A stretch of 64,000 nt of DNA from Lama glama (GCA_028534125.1 CM052817.1:61382001-61446000); one strand, 5' to 3'; counted from the stretch's first letter, positions 37,787 to 51,990 are shown. Notes: generated from the letters alone by a model not told the origin. Numbers and translations: made by a program.

Positions 37787-40700
37787 AAGAGAGTAATTTA
37801 TGATTGGGATATTTATTGAGATAGGGAGAGACAGAAACTGCTACAGAGGTTCAAAGAGGGGAAGATCCTTTTCAGATGGAAAGGCTTCTTATAGGTGCTG
37901 AATCTCGGGCTCGGCTTTGATGAGAAGACTGTCTCAGTTGGAGACGGCCAGTCCCCAAGGATCTGTTCAGACGAGCATGTTAACCATCAAAAGTGGAGAT
38001 AAGAATGAAAGGAAAGTTAGTTTTGAATAATGCTTTGCAGAGTCTTAGGCACTGAGATGTTGAAAGTTTTGATCAGAAAAGTGACATTTTCAGGAAAGTG
38101 TTTAATGAGACTGCTTGGAGGAAGGTAGACACCAGAGGCAGGGAGACTAGTCTGACAAGTATTGCGGTAACGTGGGGCTTGAGGGCCTGAAATGGAAAGC
38201 AGAGGAGAAATGGGAGGAATTAGAATCTGTGAACAGTAATTCTAAAGGCCACAGTAGTGGTGTGAATATGAGGAAAGAGCCAAAGAAGGCTCATGTTTTC
38301 AGCCTGCTGGACCCGGGCTCCATTCTCCTGTCACCTTCTCCCGGCTCCTTGACTCCCTGGAGCCATGGTTCTGCTCTGCTTTACACTTGAGTGTCTCACA
38401 GATTCCTCAAACTCAGTATGGTCAGAAACTGAGCTCTCCACCTTGTCTCACCAGTTTGCATCTCCAGCTGCACTTATCTTGTTGAAGCGCCCACCACCCA
38501 CCCTGTTACCCAGATGAGGAGGACTCATTCCTTGTCTGAACCTCCCACATTCATCTCTAACCACCTGTTAGTACACTTTGTATGTATCTCAAACCAGACT
38601 ATGAATAGAATAGAATAAAGTAGCCAGGCCTCAGGGTATGGAGGTGGGGAAGCGTAGCTCCCAGTGATAATGGGAGTAATGTGTAAGATCCATTTGTTGG
38701 ACAAATGCTAATCGGACATTTACTGTGCTGGTTATTGGGGATGGAAAGGAAGCCCTCACACCTGCCCTCAAGGAGCGCACACTGTGGAGCCCTGGTTTCT
38801 AACCTTAAATAAGGACCTTGTTTTAATATCAAACATTTCCTGGGCAACCCTTTGCCCACTACATTAAGATAATAATTGTATTTTAAGAAACTGCAGACTT
38901 CATACCTATTGTACTGCACTTTTAAATGAGGAAGATTTTTTATATTTATGTACAAGAATTTACATTTATTTAAAAATCCAAACATATACATGATCTAAGC
39001 AGACTTTAAACAGTGTTTAGTGTAGAAATGAATTCATGAATCATTTGTGACTGCTTCGAACTGTGTGCTTGTTACCTCCAGCTGCTTCAAGCATCCTTCA
39101 CAAATTGGGAACCACTGGCCAAGAAACATTTTAAGCCATCTGAAAGTAGATCCATAGGTAAGATGAGACAGAGGAGAGAGAGTTTGAGGGTGGTCAGGGA
39201 AACAAGAAAGAAAGGCAGAGATCGCAGGGCAGCAATTGAAGAATGAGAGTAACCTGGGAAGATTCTCCTGGTCACATCTGCTTGTTAGTGGATTAAAAAG
39301 ACCATGGTTCTACAACATTAGATTCTACCAAATTTACCTTCATTATCATTTTAAGAAAAAGCCTAATTTCAGAGTTTAAAACGAGAGGCATATGTCGTAT
39401 TTCCTAGTATAAAATGGAATATCTGAGGAAGATGTAACATGCACGCTGAGTTAAATGGCCAGAATATCACACCCTGCTTTTGAAAGGAAGAAATAATACT
39501 CTGTTTTTACATACTCCAGTGCCTATCACTCCAGGGGACGTAGAAATAACTCAATAAATAGTCACTGCCCTGAGTTGTAGAGACTGTTACTTTAAAAAAT
39601 ATGGTAATTTTTGCTATGTTTGCCTGATACATTTAGAAATAATTAAGAAGTTATTAGTGAGATTGAGTGACAAACTGGTCATTCTTGAGTGTTTGATGGC
39701 AGTAATCTCCTCGGAATTTCAAATAAACCTTGTGTCCATAGCATTGAGAGCTTTTGAAAGAATTGAAATTCAAGTCATTCCCAACTGTTTCCAGTAACTG
39801 TTGTTGCTATTAAGGTCTCAAAGCCTGAAATAGCTTGGGCTTTATGTGATTTGGAAAGTAAACGGGAGTGATTGACTGTGCAGAACACAAGCGGCAAAGT
39901 ATTTATACTGTTGAAGTTTGCAGCTTATTTCTTCTTTCACATATCTTAAAGGCTGTATTTTCATAATAAACCAGCTTTATAAATAGATTTCTAAATGGTA
40001 CTAGTCCCAATAATTTCTTTTATCAAGTACTATCGCTATTAACAATCTTTCTTTGAAATTTAAAACGTATAAAAATAGCCTCTCATTCATCTATTTTTTG
40101 TATATATGAATTTTAATTTCTTGTGTTATATACAGCAAGAGTTCCTTTTTGCATTACAATAAAAACCATAGGTGATAGTCTTGAATTCAGTGACCTCTTA
40201 AAATTGAGTCTGCCTTTATCTTGACTGTTTTGGCTGACATTTATAGTATTGTTTTCCTGTGTAATTCACCCTATTACAATGAATATGAGGGACTTTCCAG
40301 ATTCTTTTGTTTTACTGGAATTTTGTTACATGGACCGTGCTTTGAAATAATGGATTATTTATTAGTTCAGAATGTTTTTGTTATCCTGAGGACATGTTTG
40401 GTTACTAAATTATTCTTAAAACTATGAAAAGTATTTTTGTATTTGAAAGATAAGCTGGTTAATTGCCTCCTTCAAACTAGGATTTTAATCTTTTTGACAC
40501 ACTGAAATATAGAGCAATATCTCTTTTCCAGATTTTATGGATTCTATAGTGTTTGTGTAGATTTCTTTTTCTAATGAGAAACCTGTTTGTTTTAGTAAGG
40601 CAAAGAATTATCTCCAAGGCATCAAAGTGAATTTGTCCTTAATTGAAACTTTGCTGTGATATTTTTGATTTTTACATGTAACTATTTACAGCTGAAATAA

Positions 40701-42147
40701 TTTTATAATTATGCAGAAGAGAGTCCATTTTTTTATACCTTTAAAGAGCTTATACTGGTTATAGCAATATTCATGTTTCCAAGGACTTTAGATAACAGTT
40801 TTTCTTCTCAGATATCTGATGGGAAAAGTGTCAAAATTGCTAGGGATGGAATTTCAATCTTGTTTTTTTTAGCACACAGTAGGAAATTAGTAAGTAAAGC
40901 ATATTAAAGAAAAAGAAACTAGAATTTTAAATTCTTGTTCCAGCAATACACTGAGCCTGGAGCTTTATATACTTCAGTTGTTGAATCTTCACAGCTGTTC
41001 GACAGTCTCCCTCTGCTTTACAAAAAAGTGAAGCAAGTGCTTCAGAGTCACACAACTTGTAACTAAGGCAGAAGTCAAGCTCAGATCTGTTTCCCTCTTA
41101 CTATAATGATTTTTCGATAACATCACACTGTCTCTTGAAACAAAGGAATTTTAAATAAATTTTTATTGTACAGTCATCCTAATACCTGTTGTCTAGAAGT
41201 TCATTTTGCTTTTCCAAATACACCACAATAAGAATTTTTGCCATCAAATTTGTTCCATAGGAGGCACAGAAAGAGGTAAATTGTGGAGACATTTGTTTGA
41301 TATTTCAGTAAATTTGAAATTCTGTGAAAAATACTAGCAATGAGTTAATGCTCTTTGAAAAATTTGCTTTTGTAGAAGCTCACAAAATATTCTAGCAGTA
41401 ATATTACCTCACTCATTCCTCTAGCAGCTCCAATTCTCCAAATAAATTAAAGCAGCTTTAGTATCTTCATCTGTGAAGCATTTTTTCAGTTGAATTAAAA
41501 TGCATGGTTAAGTTCAAGTATAGAGAACAGGTGTCATAAATTCATAGCATTTTAGGGTTTGAAGCAACGCCAGCCATCAACCTGTATAGTACTTAGTCCA
41601 ACTACATTGTTTGTCTCTGGACTTAAAATTTTCTTTTTGATCTATGTAAAAAGTACCTACTGTGACCACTCTGACAGTCGTGATACTGGATTGAAGTTGT
41701 GCAGCAGAGGAGAAGGATAGGTGTCAGCCTGTGAGCTTAACCTTCTCATCCCACATGTCTTTCACCCTGCTCTGCTCTTCTCCATCTGTTTTGTGGTCTA
41801 ATTACAATGTTCTTTTAGATGTCTTATCATATACCGAGAGTGGGAAATATGTTGGATTTAATGGTAGATTGGTTTATGGGAAATACCAAAACTGTTACAG
41901 AAACAACATGTTTCCTGTTTTCTCTCATCTTTTCTCCTACTTTCTTTTAAGTTGTCCATTTTCCTGCATTTCTTTTTTTCTTTAGAGCCTTCATTTGACT
42001 GTAAGGTGTCAAAATATCTTCCCCAAATTATACATCTAGAACTTGAATAAACCATATATAATTGATTTACAAAAATAAGGAAAATGTTTATGTTACTTTC
42101 AGCTAACATAGAGACCTTAAAAATACTGAAGTGCAGCCACCCCCAAA

Positions 42148-42169
42148 ACACACACACACACACACACAC
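42148..42169. repeat. (CA)n microsatellite
   Basis: acacacacacacacacacacac run. Confidence 0.9.
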
Positions 42170-45100
42170 GTGGGACAAATGGTGATGGCAGAAAGGAACA
42201 GAGTAGCTTTGTTCAGTCACCAGAAGTTTGAAATTCTGAAAAGAATTTTTTAGACTAAAGGCAGGGAGAGAGTTTGCCAGAACACCAGAGAAGAGAGATC
42301 CTAGTTCAGAGTGATTCCATGATTAAAATAGAAGGCAGGGTAAAAGTTAGTACAAGAAATACTCAGTTTTGCCAGAAATCAAATGAGATGAACCATGCTA
42401 AGGGTTAAAAGGACTATAAAAAGTTTAGCAAGATGTGCATGAGTAACAAGTGAACCAAGTTCTTGTGACTTATACCATGCGTATGTATCTGTGTATAATC
42501 CATTACTCATACCCTCAAATTTGTTTGTAGTGTAGAAAACTGTAGGTGTACTTTGGGCTGCTGACTGAATTTATTGGCTGAAGAGGACCTTCATGGAGAA
42601 TGGAAAAATGTAGGGAAGATTGGGGCCACTGAGGCCATGACGGATGAAAGAGAAAGCACCCTCTTTTTCTTCTTCCCTTTCTCCCTTTCTTCTGAAGGCA
42701 TGTGTTTAACTACAGTTAAGTACATGGGCAGTGACTATGCTAGGATCAGAAATAGATAAAGAAATAAATGCATCTCTTAGTTCAGGAAGCTCCAAATGGG
42801 AAGAAACGGGCATTTTTATAATACAGGTGGATGACAGAGTGTGGGTGTGTACACGTAGCATCTGGAGCACAGAGGAAGGAGCAGAAGGAGGTGAAGAAGA
42901 TGTCCCATGCGATCATGCGTGAGCCGAAGCTTGACTATAGACAAGGCCTTGCCAGGTGGTCAACAGTGGGAAGAAAGAGGGCATTTTAGGTGGAGAGCCC
43001 AGCTTAATGAAAGCCACACTGTATTCTGAGAACTTGTCAATAGTTCACTAGGGCTGAAATGTAGTTCTTGAGAGAACAGGACCAATAGGAGATGGTTAGA
43101 GGGTTAAGAGGGTTTAGATTCTTTATAAAAGATTCTCAGCTACCATAAATAAAATTTTGAATCTTGGTTCTTAGTTCATGGGAAACTAGAAAAGTTGTTT
43201 GGCAATACAGTAATATCGGGTTTAAAAATAAGAGTTAATATTTATTGAGCAGGTACTGGTTTTCAGGCATTCTTTTTAATGCTTTCCATATAAGTCACTG
43301 AATCCTTTTGAAAACTCTGTGAGGCATGGATGTTATTATTTTTCTTCTATCAGAAATAAGGAAATGGAGGGAAACAGTGCCTCAGGTCAGCTGTGGGATC
43401 CTGAGCCCGGGCACTGGGGCTGCGTGTAACACGTGTAATGTGTGTAGGGCCAGGAAGGAAGGGAGGAGACCAGTTAGGAGACCGTTTCCTGAGTGTAGCT
43501 GGGAGCTGGTGAAGGCTGGGGCTAGATGGGGGTCGGGCAGAAGGGTAAGAGGTCTGATGGCGAGGATCGAAAGTTCCAAAACTGATTGAGTAACTTTCTG
43601 GTGAGCAACTTCGCGGATTCAGGTCTTACTGCCTCCTCTATTGCTTCTCTCTCGTGTTTAGAACCCTGTTCTGTTCCTTCCATTTAGTTTGTCTCTCTTT
43701 GCTCCCATTAGTAACACTTATTTACTTGTTCTTTTAACAAGTATTTGTCAGGTTTGTAGTTGGTGTGAGGCTCCAGGAATTACTGTGCAGTTACAGAGAA
43801 GAGAAAAAAAGACAGCAGCCCCTGCCTTGCATGGGTACTTGATGTAGTGTGACAGGTGAGATAGCGCACAACCTGTAATTCAGGTTGGGGTGAGAGAGGC
43901 CATCAGAATGATGCAGACGCCTGGGAAAGCCGTGTTCCTTTGACTGTTTACTTCATCTTTCATTTATATTTCTCAAGAGATTTCAGAGTCATCTGGGCCG
44001 GCGAGGTCTTCAGTCCCTTGATTTCTTAAAGGTCAGAGCTGGGACCCTCATAGGGCCATTATATATTTATTCTATTTTTAGGGGTGTAGAATATGTACTG
44101 TCCCCTAACATGAACAATCATACACCTCTTCCAAATTTCCCAACATTTTGGCCTTAAGGAAAAAAAAGGCTCATTAATATAAAACCTCATTCACATCTGC
44201 TAAGGGCAGAGGCCGTGCCCCTCTTGTTTACCATAGTATGTCCTGACCTTTCCTGTGTAGAGTTGCCCCATGGTTTGTGTTAAAATATTTGCTGAATTGA
44301 ATACTGCATCAGAGGGTAAAAGTTTCCCAAAAATGCTTTTGCCAAGAACTTGGAAATGAGAGCACACAAGAGTACAGAAATGAGTGAGACTAATGAGCAC
44401 GAGTTTGTGACACTAAATAAAACTATACTAAATTGTAGTCACAGATTGGCAAGGACATTTTGTGGAGCAGCCCCATGTGCCATACTCCTCCCTGGGGAAG
44501 CCATAACTCTAATGTCTCCATTTTTCCATCTTGATTATCCACCCAGCTCCTTCTTTGGCCCATCACCAGCTGGGGAGGGAGGTCATTCATTCTTTCTGCT
44601 CCTTCTGTTGTTGTGAGGACAGAGCTTCCCAGACATCTTCTCTGCCCACTGGGACAGGGGCTGATGGAGGGTACAACTTCTGTCCCTCCAAATCAGCCCC
44701 TCCCCTGGTTGCTGGAGTTTGTGCCTGATTGGTCCTAACTTGACGTTCAGTGGGCCACATTTAACAGTGAGTGGAGGGAACTTGTGCTGTGACAAAGTCA
44801 TAGTCTCCAAGTTCTGCTTGTTCACCTTCTGGCCTCAGGTGTGACAGGTACCCTAGGCAGAGGAGTGGCCTGCTCTTCTCTACTTTTTGATATGAAATGG
44901 AATCAAGGAGGTGGAGTTTAAGACAGCAGTACCCTCTTTGCTTCAACTGGGATCAGAAGCTCCGTATTTTGGGCCTTAATAGGGACTTGCATTTATAAAG
45001 GGTTTACATTTACTTCTCCTTTGTCAACCAGTCTTTGGTAGGACAGAGCCCTGCAGAGAAGGAGGTGTCAGTGATACACTTACCTTCTAGGTGAGAAGTG

Positions 45101-45457
45101 GTTTGGGCCCATCTGATCAGTACATTTCATGGACTGCTTAAGTGGCTGATATGTCTCTTTGGCTTAGAAGACAAAATCATTGTATTTCAGTAGCAATACA
45201 TTGACTGAAATAGTATTTCACTTGGGCGATGAGTATTTTTCCCTTTCTTTGTTAAACCATTCACTCTGTAATTCCATCTATTTCCAGTGAGCTTAAACCC
45301 CTTTTTTTCATCTATTTAATGGATTGGGAGTGATTGGTACTTTTTCAAGGCTACTAGTAAATTTAGCCTAAGTTAGTCAAATAAATGAGAAAATCATTTA
45401 AAAATTGTTTTTCCTAGAAACAAACCTTAATGATTACAGTTGATAATTTAAAAAATA

Positions 45458-45584
45458 GGGGGGCAGGGTATAGCTCAGTGGTACAGTGTGTGCTTAGCCT
45501 GCACAAGGTTCTGAGTTCAATTCCCAGCACCTCCATTAAAAATAAATATAAAATAAGTAAATAAACCTAGTTGTTCATCCCTCT
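45458..45584 (+). mobile_element. Camelid tRNA-derived SINE (vic-1 type)
   Basis: GGGGGGCAGGGTATAGCTCAGTGGTACAG...GAGTTCAATTCCCAGCACCTCC followed by A-rich tail with ataaaccta; candidate TSD aaaaata. Confidence 0.9.
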
Positions 45585-45809
45585 AAAAATATGTGTATTT
45601 ACTGGGCTACCAACTACATTTTGGCAGTTATTTTTGCAGTGAGGAAAGAAATATGTGACATTTTCCACCCTGAAAAAAATTAAAAAACAGACATTTATAT
45701 GTAGAATGTCTGTGTATTCACAGTAATTACTAATACTTATTATATATCTACAGATTAAGGTGCTTTGAATATGCTATCTCATCAAATCTTTTCAACACTC
45801 TTTTGGTAC

Positions 45810-46263
45810 TGTATTTTACAGTTTCCGGTAGCTTATGTAGCAGATTACCACAAATTAAATGGCTTAAAACAGATATTTTTTTCTGTCACAGTTTTGGAGA
45901 CCAGAAGTCTGAAATCAGTGGCAGAAGGGCTGCAGTCCCTCTGGAAGCTCTAGGGGAGAATCCTTCCTTGCCTCTTCCAGCTTCAAGTGGCTGTCAGCAT
46001 TCCTTACGGCTACATCAGTTCAGTCCCTGCCTTCATGGCCACTTTATCTCCTCCTCTTCCTATCTTCTCCTCTTCTGTCTGTTACAAGTAGATTTGTCCT
46101 TGGATACAGAGTCTACTCGGGTAATCCAGGATGAACTCATTGAAAAAGGTCTCTAACTTAATTATATCTGCAAAGACCCCTTTTCCAAATAGGTAACATT
46201 CACAGTGTCTGGGTATTAGGACATGGACATATCTTTTTGAGGACCACCATTCAACTCACTTTA
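45810..46263 (-). mobile_element. MaLR (MLT1-type) solo LTR
   Basis: ttaccacaaattaaatggcttaaaaca...ggagaccagaagtctgaaatca...aggggagaatccttccttgcctcttccagcttc...atctgcaaagaccc; 5-bp TSD ggtac at 45805-45809 and 46264-46268. Confidence 0.9.
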
Positions 46264-48184
46264 GGTACATGCTTTTATTACTCCAGTTTTCTGTGGAGAC
46301 CCTGAGTAAGGGGTGAATCTGTTATGGCTAGGAGCTGTGCCTCTCCCCCACTGCACTGAGATGCCGTGCTAATTTATTCTGCTCTGTTTGTAGCCCATCT
46401 GTTTTGAGGCATTATCTGTATGGTATCTAGTCCTTTATTTAATTAGGAATGAATTCACACCTGGTAAATTTTTTCTACTTGTTGCATAGTGTCTGTTTTG
46501 GGAAGTATATGTGTAAAATTCACAGATGAATTCTCTCGATAAAGTCTGGAGTTACCTTGCCATGGTTAACTCCAGCACAGAAAAGGCAGCATAGACTGGT
46601 TTTCCTGGTTCAGTGGAGACCAGTCAGAAACATCCAGACATCAGAGTTCTAATCCTGACTTTATCACTTAGTAGCTCTAGGACTATGAGCAAGTTACTTC
46701 AGTTCTTAAAACCTCTGTTTATTTACCCATAAATTAGGAATCCCTCTTTTATAGAATAGTTAGATTAGTTGAGAAACTTAAACCTGAGCATTTAATAAGT
46801 AGTTTGCCTAAATTATATAAATATTTGAAATATATAATTGCAATGCCTGTGAATTTCTTTAGGCTTATTTAGACCTCTTTACTAGTAAGTTACACTTTTA
46901 AAACAATTCTCTATACCACAAATGATGGAGCTTGCTCCTTTAAATAAAAAAAAATAAATTTAATACATCAGCATCTTTCATTATCCATGTACATATATAT
47001 ATTTTTAAAAGCCCAAATAATATTTGCTTTGCCTGTTTGTGGTAGCTCCATCAGCACATTTTGGTTTCATTGTTTATGTATGTTTAAAAAAAATTGTTTT
47101 CCTCTTATCCAGTGCCTGACACACATACCAAAAAGGGGAAAATTATAAGAAAGAATGTTGCTCAGATCACATTATTGAATTATTGTGCTCTCAGCATTTT
47201 CTTCCTAAGGAGACATTCTTGTCAAGGTTGGAGGTCATTGTTTCTTTTTAAGAGCACTATGTTCCAATTCTAAATAGTATTTCCTTGATGGGAAACATGA
47301 CCATCTTTCATTTTCTTGTCATTTTTAGTAGATGTTTGTTGTGAATACTGGATACTGGATAAAACAAACTGCCCCAGTCTAGTTGTTCTTACGTGTTCTT
47401 GTTTGTTTTTCACAGTTGCATAAGCCTATTTGATAAGGTCATAATGCTTGGATATATTTTTCATTTATTTTTCTGATGAAAGAACTGATTTTTTTTTCAG
47501 TATTGCCTTCTCCTCTCCTATTAAATTCCTGACAACTGACGAATTTTCAAAACTATATGTTTTAGGAAACATTATTTTCGTGAAATATGTCTTACTTCTT
47601 GCTATTTTATAAAAACTCTTAGACTGTAGTCTTAACATAATCTATCTTGCGTAGGAGGTGTTATTTAGATAATGAAAAAAAGCCTGTGAAGTTATAGGCC
47701 CAAATGAGTAGTATCTGTAAAATTTGTTATCCACTTTTGTGCAGATGGTACAATGATGGATGCATAATTTTGACCATTAGCATTTATGATACTTGCTTCA
47801 GGAAGAGTGTATTATCACAGAGCTGAATGTAGTGATGGATTTTTCAAACTAGTCTAATCCAGTATTTTAATTAGTAATGATATTGCATTGCTAATACTGC
47901 CCCTGCTATTAATTTTTCCCTGCAGTAGAAAATGGTTTTTTGTTCCTACCATGACCCATTTAAATATCCTCACCCCACCATGTTATGACGCATTAAAATA
48001 TCCTCTCCCCACCACGTCCATATATACATCTGTGTGCACACAGCCACATTTCTACTCAAAGCAAAATAGTTTCATATTTAAGTTACAGTGTAGAAAAAGA
48101 AGGTAAACTTTACTTAGAGAAGTGTATGTAAGTAACAGTTTTCCTCTTTGTATTTACTTTTTTTTTTATATCAAACAAAAGCTA

Positions 48185-48580
48185 CAGGCACACTTTGGAT
48201 ATATTGTGGGCTCAATTCAGGACCACCTCAATAGAGTGAGTATTGCAGTAAACTGAGACACATGACATTTTTGGTTTCTTGGGGTGTGTAAAAGTTATGT
48301 TTACACTATAAAAGGTAGTCTGTTAAGTGTGCAGTGGCATTATGTCGAAAAAACAATGCACATACCTTAATTAAAAAATATTTTATTGCTGAAATATGCT
48401 AACCATCATTTGAGCTTTCAGCGAGTCATAGTGGTAACATCAAAGATCGCTGATTACAGATCACCATGACAAATATAATATAATAAAAAAGTTCGAAATT
48501 TTGTGAGAATTAACAAAAGGTGGTGTGGAGACTCGAAGGGAGTAAATACTAGTGCAAAAAATGGGCCATTATTCTGCCTG
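48185..48580 (+). mobile_element. Tigger1 DNA transposon, internally deleted
   Basis: ta|CAGGCACACTTTGGATATATTGTGGG...GACCACC.CAATA...AAAAGTTATGTTTACACTATA (recalled Tigger1 left end) joined to right-arm sequence acagatcaccat...gagaattaacaaaa. Confidence 0.85.
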
Positions 48581-48598
48581 CCACACTTTGCCTTTTTA

Positions 48599-48737
48599 TT
48601 TGTATTGTTTGTTTTCTGAGGGGGAGGTAATTAGGTTTCTTCATTGATTTCCGCTTGGAGGAGGTACTAGGGATTGAACCCGGGACCTCTTGGATGCTGA
48701 GCATGCGCTCTATCACTTGAGCTATACCCTCCCCCCT
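48599..48737 (-). mobile_element. Camelid tRNA-derived SINE (vic-1 type)
   Basis: gaggtactagggattgaacccgggacctc...tgagctataccctcccc; perfect 14-bp TSD actttgccttttta at 48585-48598 and 48738-48751. Confidence 0.93.
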
Positions 48738-51209
48738 ACTTTGCCTTTTTAAAGTGTTCAGTTATGTGTACTGAGCTGATTGTGATTATGTAGATTGCAC
48801 GAGATAGTCGGTCTGAGTGACTTACTTTATCACTGTCCACTAGCTTGGTTAGCAGGCCTTGTTTGTGGCTCACTGGAAGTTTTGGTTGGTGACTGTGCTT
48901 CTGCAAGCACAGCAGAGCTTTTCTGTACCAGCGTCACTAAGGGCTGTTACTGGGATACAAATCAGTGTTCTGACACCCCTTCTCACTCCTGGGAGGTATA
49001 GTGCCATTAAATACTCTTTCAGTTGTTCACCCCTTTTATTACGGAAAAGCCCTTTCCCGTCCTTATCACCATGTCTCTTACCATCACCACAGTTGATGTT
49101 TCTGACTTCTGGTCACTTAGAGTGGTCACTGATCTTTATCAGATTCTAGTCTTGCTCTGGTCTTTTTGCTGTCTGCTGTACCCTTTATTCTTCACATTTT
49201 TTTTCTTGTTTTTTTTTTTTTTTTTTTTTTTGCTGCTGTTGTTTTTTAAGATGAAGAAATGAGAGTTTGGGTAACTTACACAGGGTTACTACTCATCAGT
49301 GGCTGATTCAGGATTTGAACCCGAGGTTACTTAATCCAGGAGAGCCCATACTTACCTCTCCACTGAATCGCTGTCCAACATTTATTCCAAACCCTGAGCC
49401 TTTTCTTGGAAATCCGTCTGTCATGACATTTTAATTTAGAGGGTTTTGCAACTAGAAGGGAGAACCTTTCATGGAACATGATTTCATTTACCAGGAAGAT
49501 AGGAGTAAGATGGGCTGATACTCTCACTCTCCCTTACGTTCAAGAGCTAATACAGGAAATATGAGGGATAATGTCTGTGTTTCAGTAGATTCAGTAGAAA
49601 TAGTTCATGTCCACCCATTTCTCAACTTAGGAGGAGATAAGGAACTGGGCTATTTTTGTGACATTCTTCTAAGGAAGATAAGAGAGGAAATAAAGGCGTG
49701 AACCAAAAGACATCAGATAAAAAGTGCCTGTTTATTCCCTGTGAGTCACTGACTTATTCTGCTTTGAAAACATGTTAGGAATTCATCTAATCTTCTTCAG
49801 GGCACACCCACTTCCCTCTAAGCCTTAGTAGAGTTCAGAGATAAATTGGTCTTTCTCGGCTCACTTCTGCTATGCAGTCACCTTGCCAACGGTGATTTGA
49901 TGTCCTGCGGCTGGCCAGACTTCCTATTCTGTCTCAGTTTCTTCCGTATATAAATGAGTACCTGACTAACAAATATTTTCCAATCCTAAACCTTCCTTTG
50001 CCGAGGCAATATTTCTGTGAGCTGAAAGAGCCATCTAAGGTACTAAGTACATATTGATGGTCACTTTGTCGTTTAATTCATGTTTTGCTTTACTTGACTA
50101 CTCTTCTTAGCTTCCTACATCCTCGGTTTCCACAAATGATTATTTGCCGAAAACAGTCATTTTATGCATATTTACTCTCTGTCCTGAAGTTTAGGACACT
50201 GTATGCAGAGTTAATTTTCCTTTGTTTGCATGCTGGTGCTCTGTTTGGGCCAAATAGTGCCTGAAGCTTCTTCTTACTCTTGTTTACAGTGAGGAGACTC
50301 TATACAGAGTATATAGTTCATTGCTAAATGACTTCTATACTCCTTAACTGCTTCCTTCCCTCCTCCCTCCCTTTCTATCTTAATGTACGCATTCTCATTC
50401 TCTTGTTAGATTGCCTGTTTGTATCCCTTCCCAAAAAAGGCCCTCAAAAGACATGAGCTGGAACTTATATTTTCACATATTTATATTTCTTTAGCTTTGA
50501 ATTTTTCTTTTAGAAGAAGAGAATGTATAAAAAATATTCTGTATATTGGAAATTATACTAGAAATTGGATTCATCATTAGAGACCATACTAGAAACAGGG
50601 ATTCATGCTCTTTGCGTCTATTGTCAGCTTTTTAAGAAAGATCTAGAAATGTTTTATGCCTCATTGATTAAACCATAAGAATATCTGGTGTAACTTAAAG
50701 AGATTTGGCGTCCAAATGGTCCAAAATATTCAAGTCGCTATTTTTGAAAGTAACTACTGCCTCCAACAAAAATATTTTGAAAATATATATGAGATAATTT
50801 GGAGCTGAGAAAATTAAGTTAAAACCTGAGAAAATTTCTTTGCTATAGCAAATTATTACCTTCTGGATCTCCTGGATAAATGAATTATTCTTTTTAGCTG
50901 AAGGAGAGTACTTGGTGCAATGGAAAGAATATGGGCTTCAGTGTCAGACAGAGGTGAAGTTTATCCAGATAACATTTACCTGACCTCTGTATTAGAAAGT
51001 GCATGTTTGACATTCCTGAGAGTTCAGAATCTTTTTTTTAAGCAGCATTTATTGTAAGGTGCCAAAGATGCAGTTGTAGGTGGCAGCATGGTGTAATGAA
51101 AAATTTTTGATTTGGGTGTTAGTTCAAGATTTGAGTCTCTGCTCTGCCATTTCCTAATCCTGAGGACCTTAGGAAATTTTTGGTTTTTCTTCTTTTTTTA
51201 AAACCACAA

Positions 51210-51990
51210 AATTTTGTTAATTACCTTTTTGATTGAGTAGTGTACTCATATTGTTCAAACTCCAAAAGTTACAAAGCTTTTGCTGTAAAAATTCTTTTTC
51301 CTTCCTCCTGTCCCTCAGTCAACTAGTTGTCTTCCATAGAGCAACCAGTAGGAGACAATTAAATATACTTTGATGTATATGTATATTGAAACACTTTGCA
51401 GCAGTATTTTTGCAGAGATATTTTATGCATGTAAGAGCAATGCACATGTATGTTTCCTAAAGATGATAGATACTATGCATACTGTTTGATAACTTCCCTT
51501 TTTAACTTAACTTTTTAAAACTTCAGTTGATTTAAAGGATCTTTCTATATCAGTAATTAAAACTTGTTCATTTTAAAAATAGGTACGTAATGTTTCACTA
51601 TATGGATCAGAATCTGTTGCACTTGTTTCCTATTGATGGACTTTTAGTTTGCTCTTAACAATGTCTTAATGGTTTACTTTAAAAGTGCTTCATTTCATAC
51701 ATGTGTGAGTGTATCTGTGGAATAAATATCTAGAAATGGAAGCGGCAGGTCAGAGAGTATATCCATTTTTTGTCTTTCGAAGAAAGCAGACCTTAAAGGT
51801 ATCTGAGTGCTGTTTGGATAAAATACTGTGTGCACTCTGTTAACATTGCTTCTCTTTGTCCCTCCTGAAGCACATATAGATACTGGGGACCCTGGGTCAG
51901 CTGAATGCAACTTGAGTCCAGCTTTTTTGACATGTGTTGAATGTCAGCATTGTTGTCATGGCTTTTAATTTGCTTCTGCCAATAAAGAAT
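51210..51990 (-). mobile_element. Old L1ME-like fragment
   Basis: agaggcaacc-like motif, ttcctattgatggactttt, gtatctgtggaataaatatctagaaatggaa. Confidence 0.65.

Noticed and set aside
45458..45535. tRNA gene
   Set aside because: A and B boxes are present, but it has a SINE tail, a TSD and three diverged sister copies in the window, so it is a SINE.
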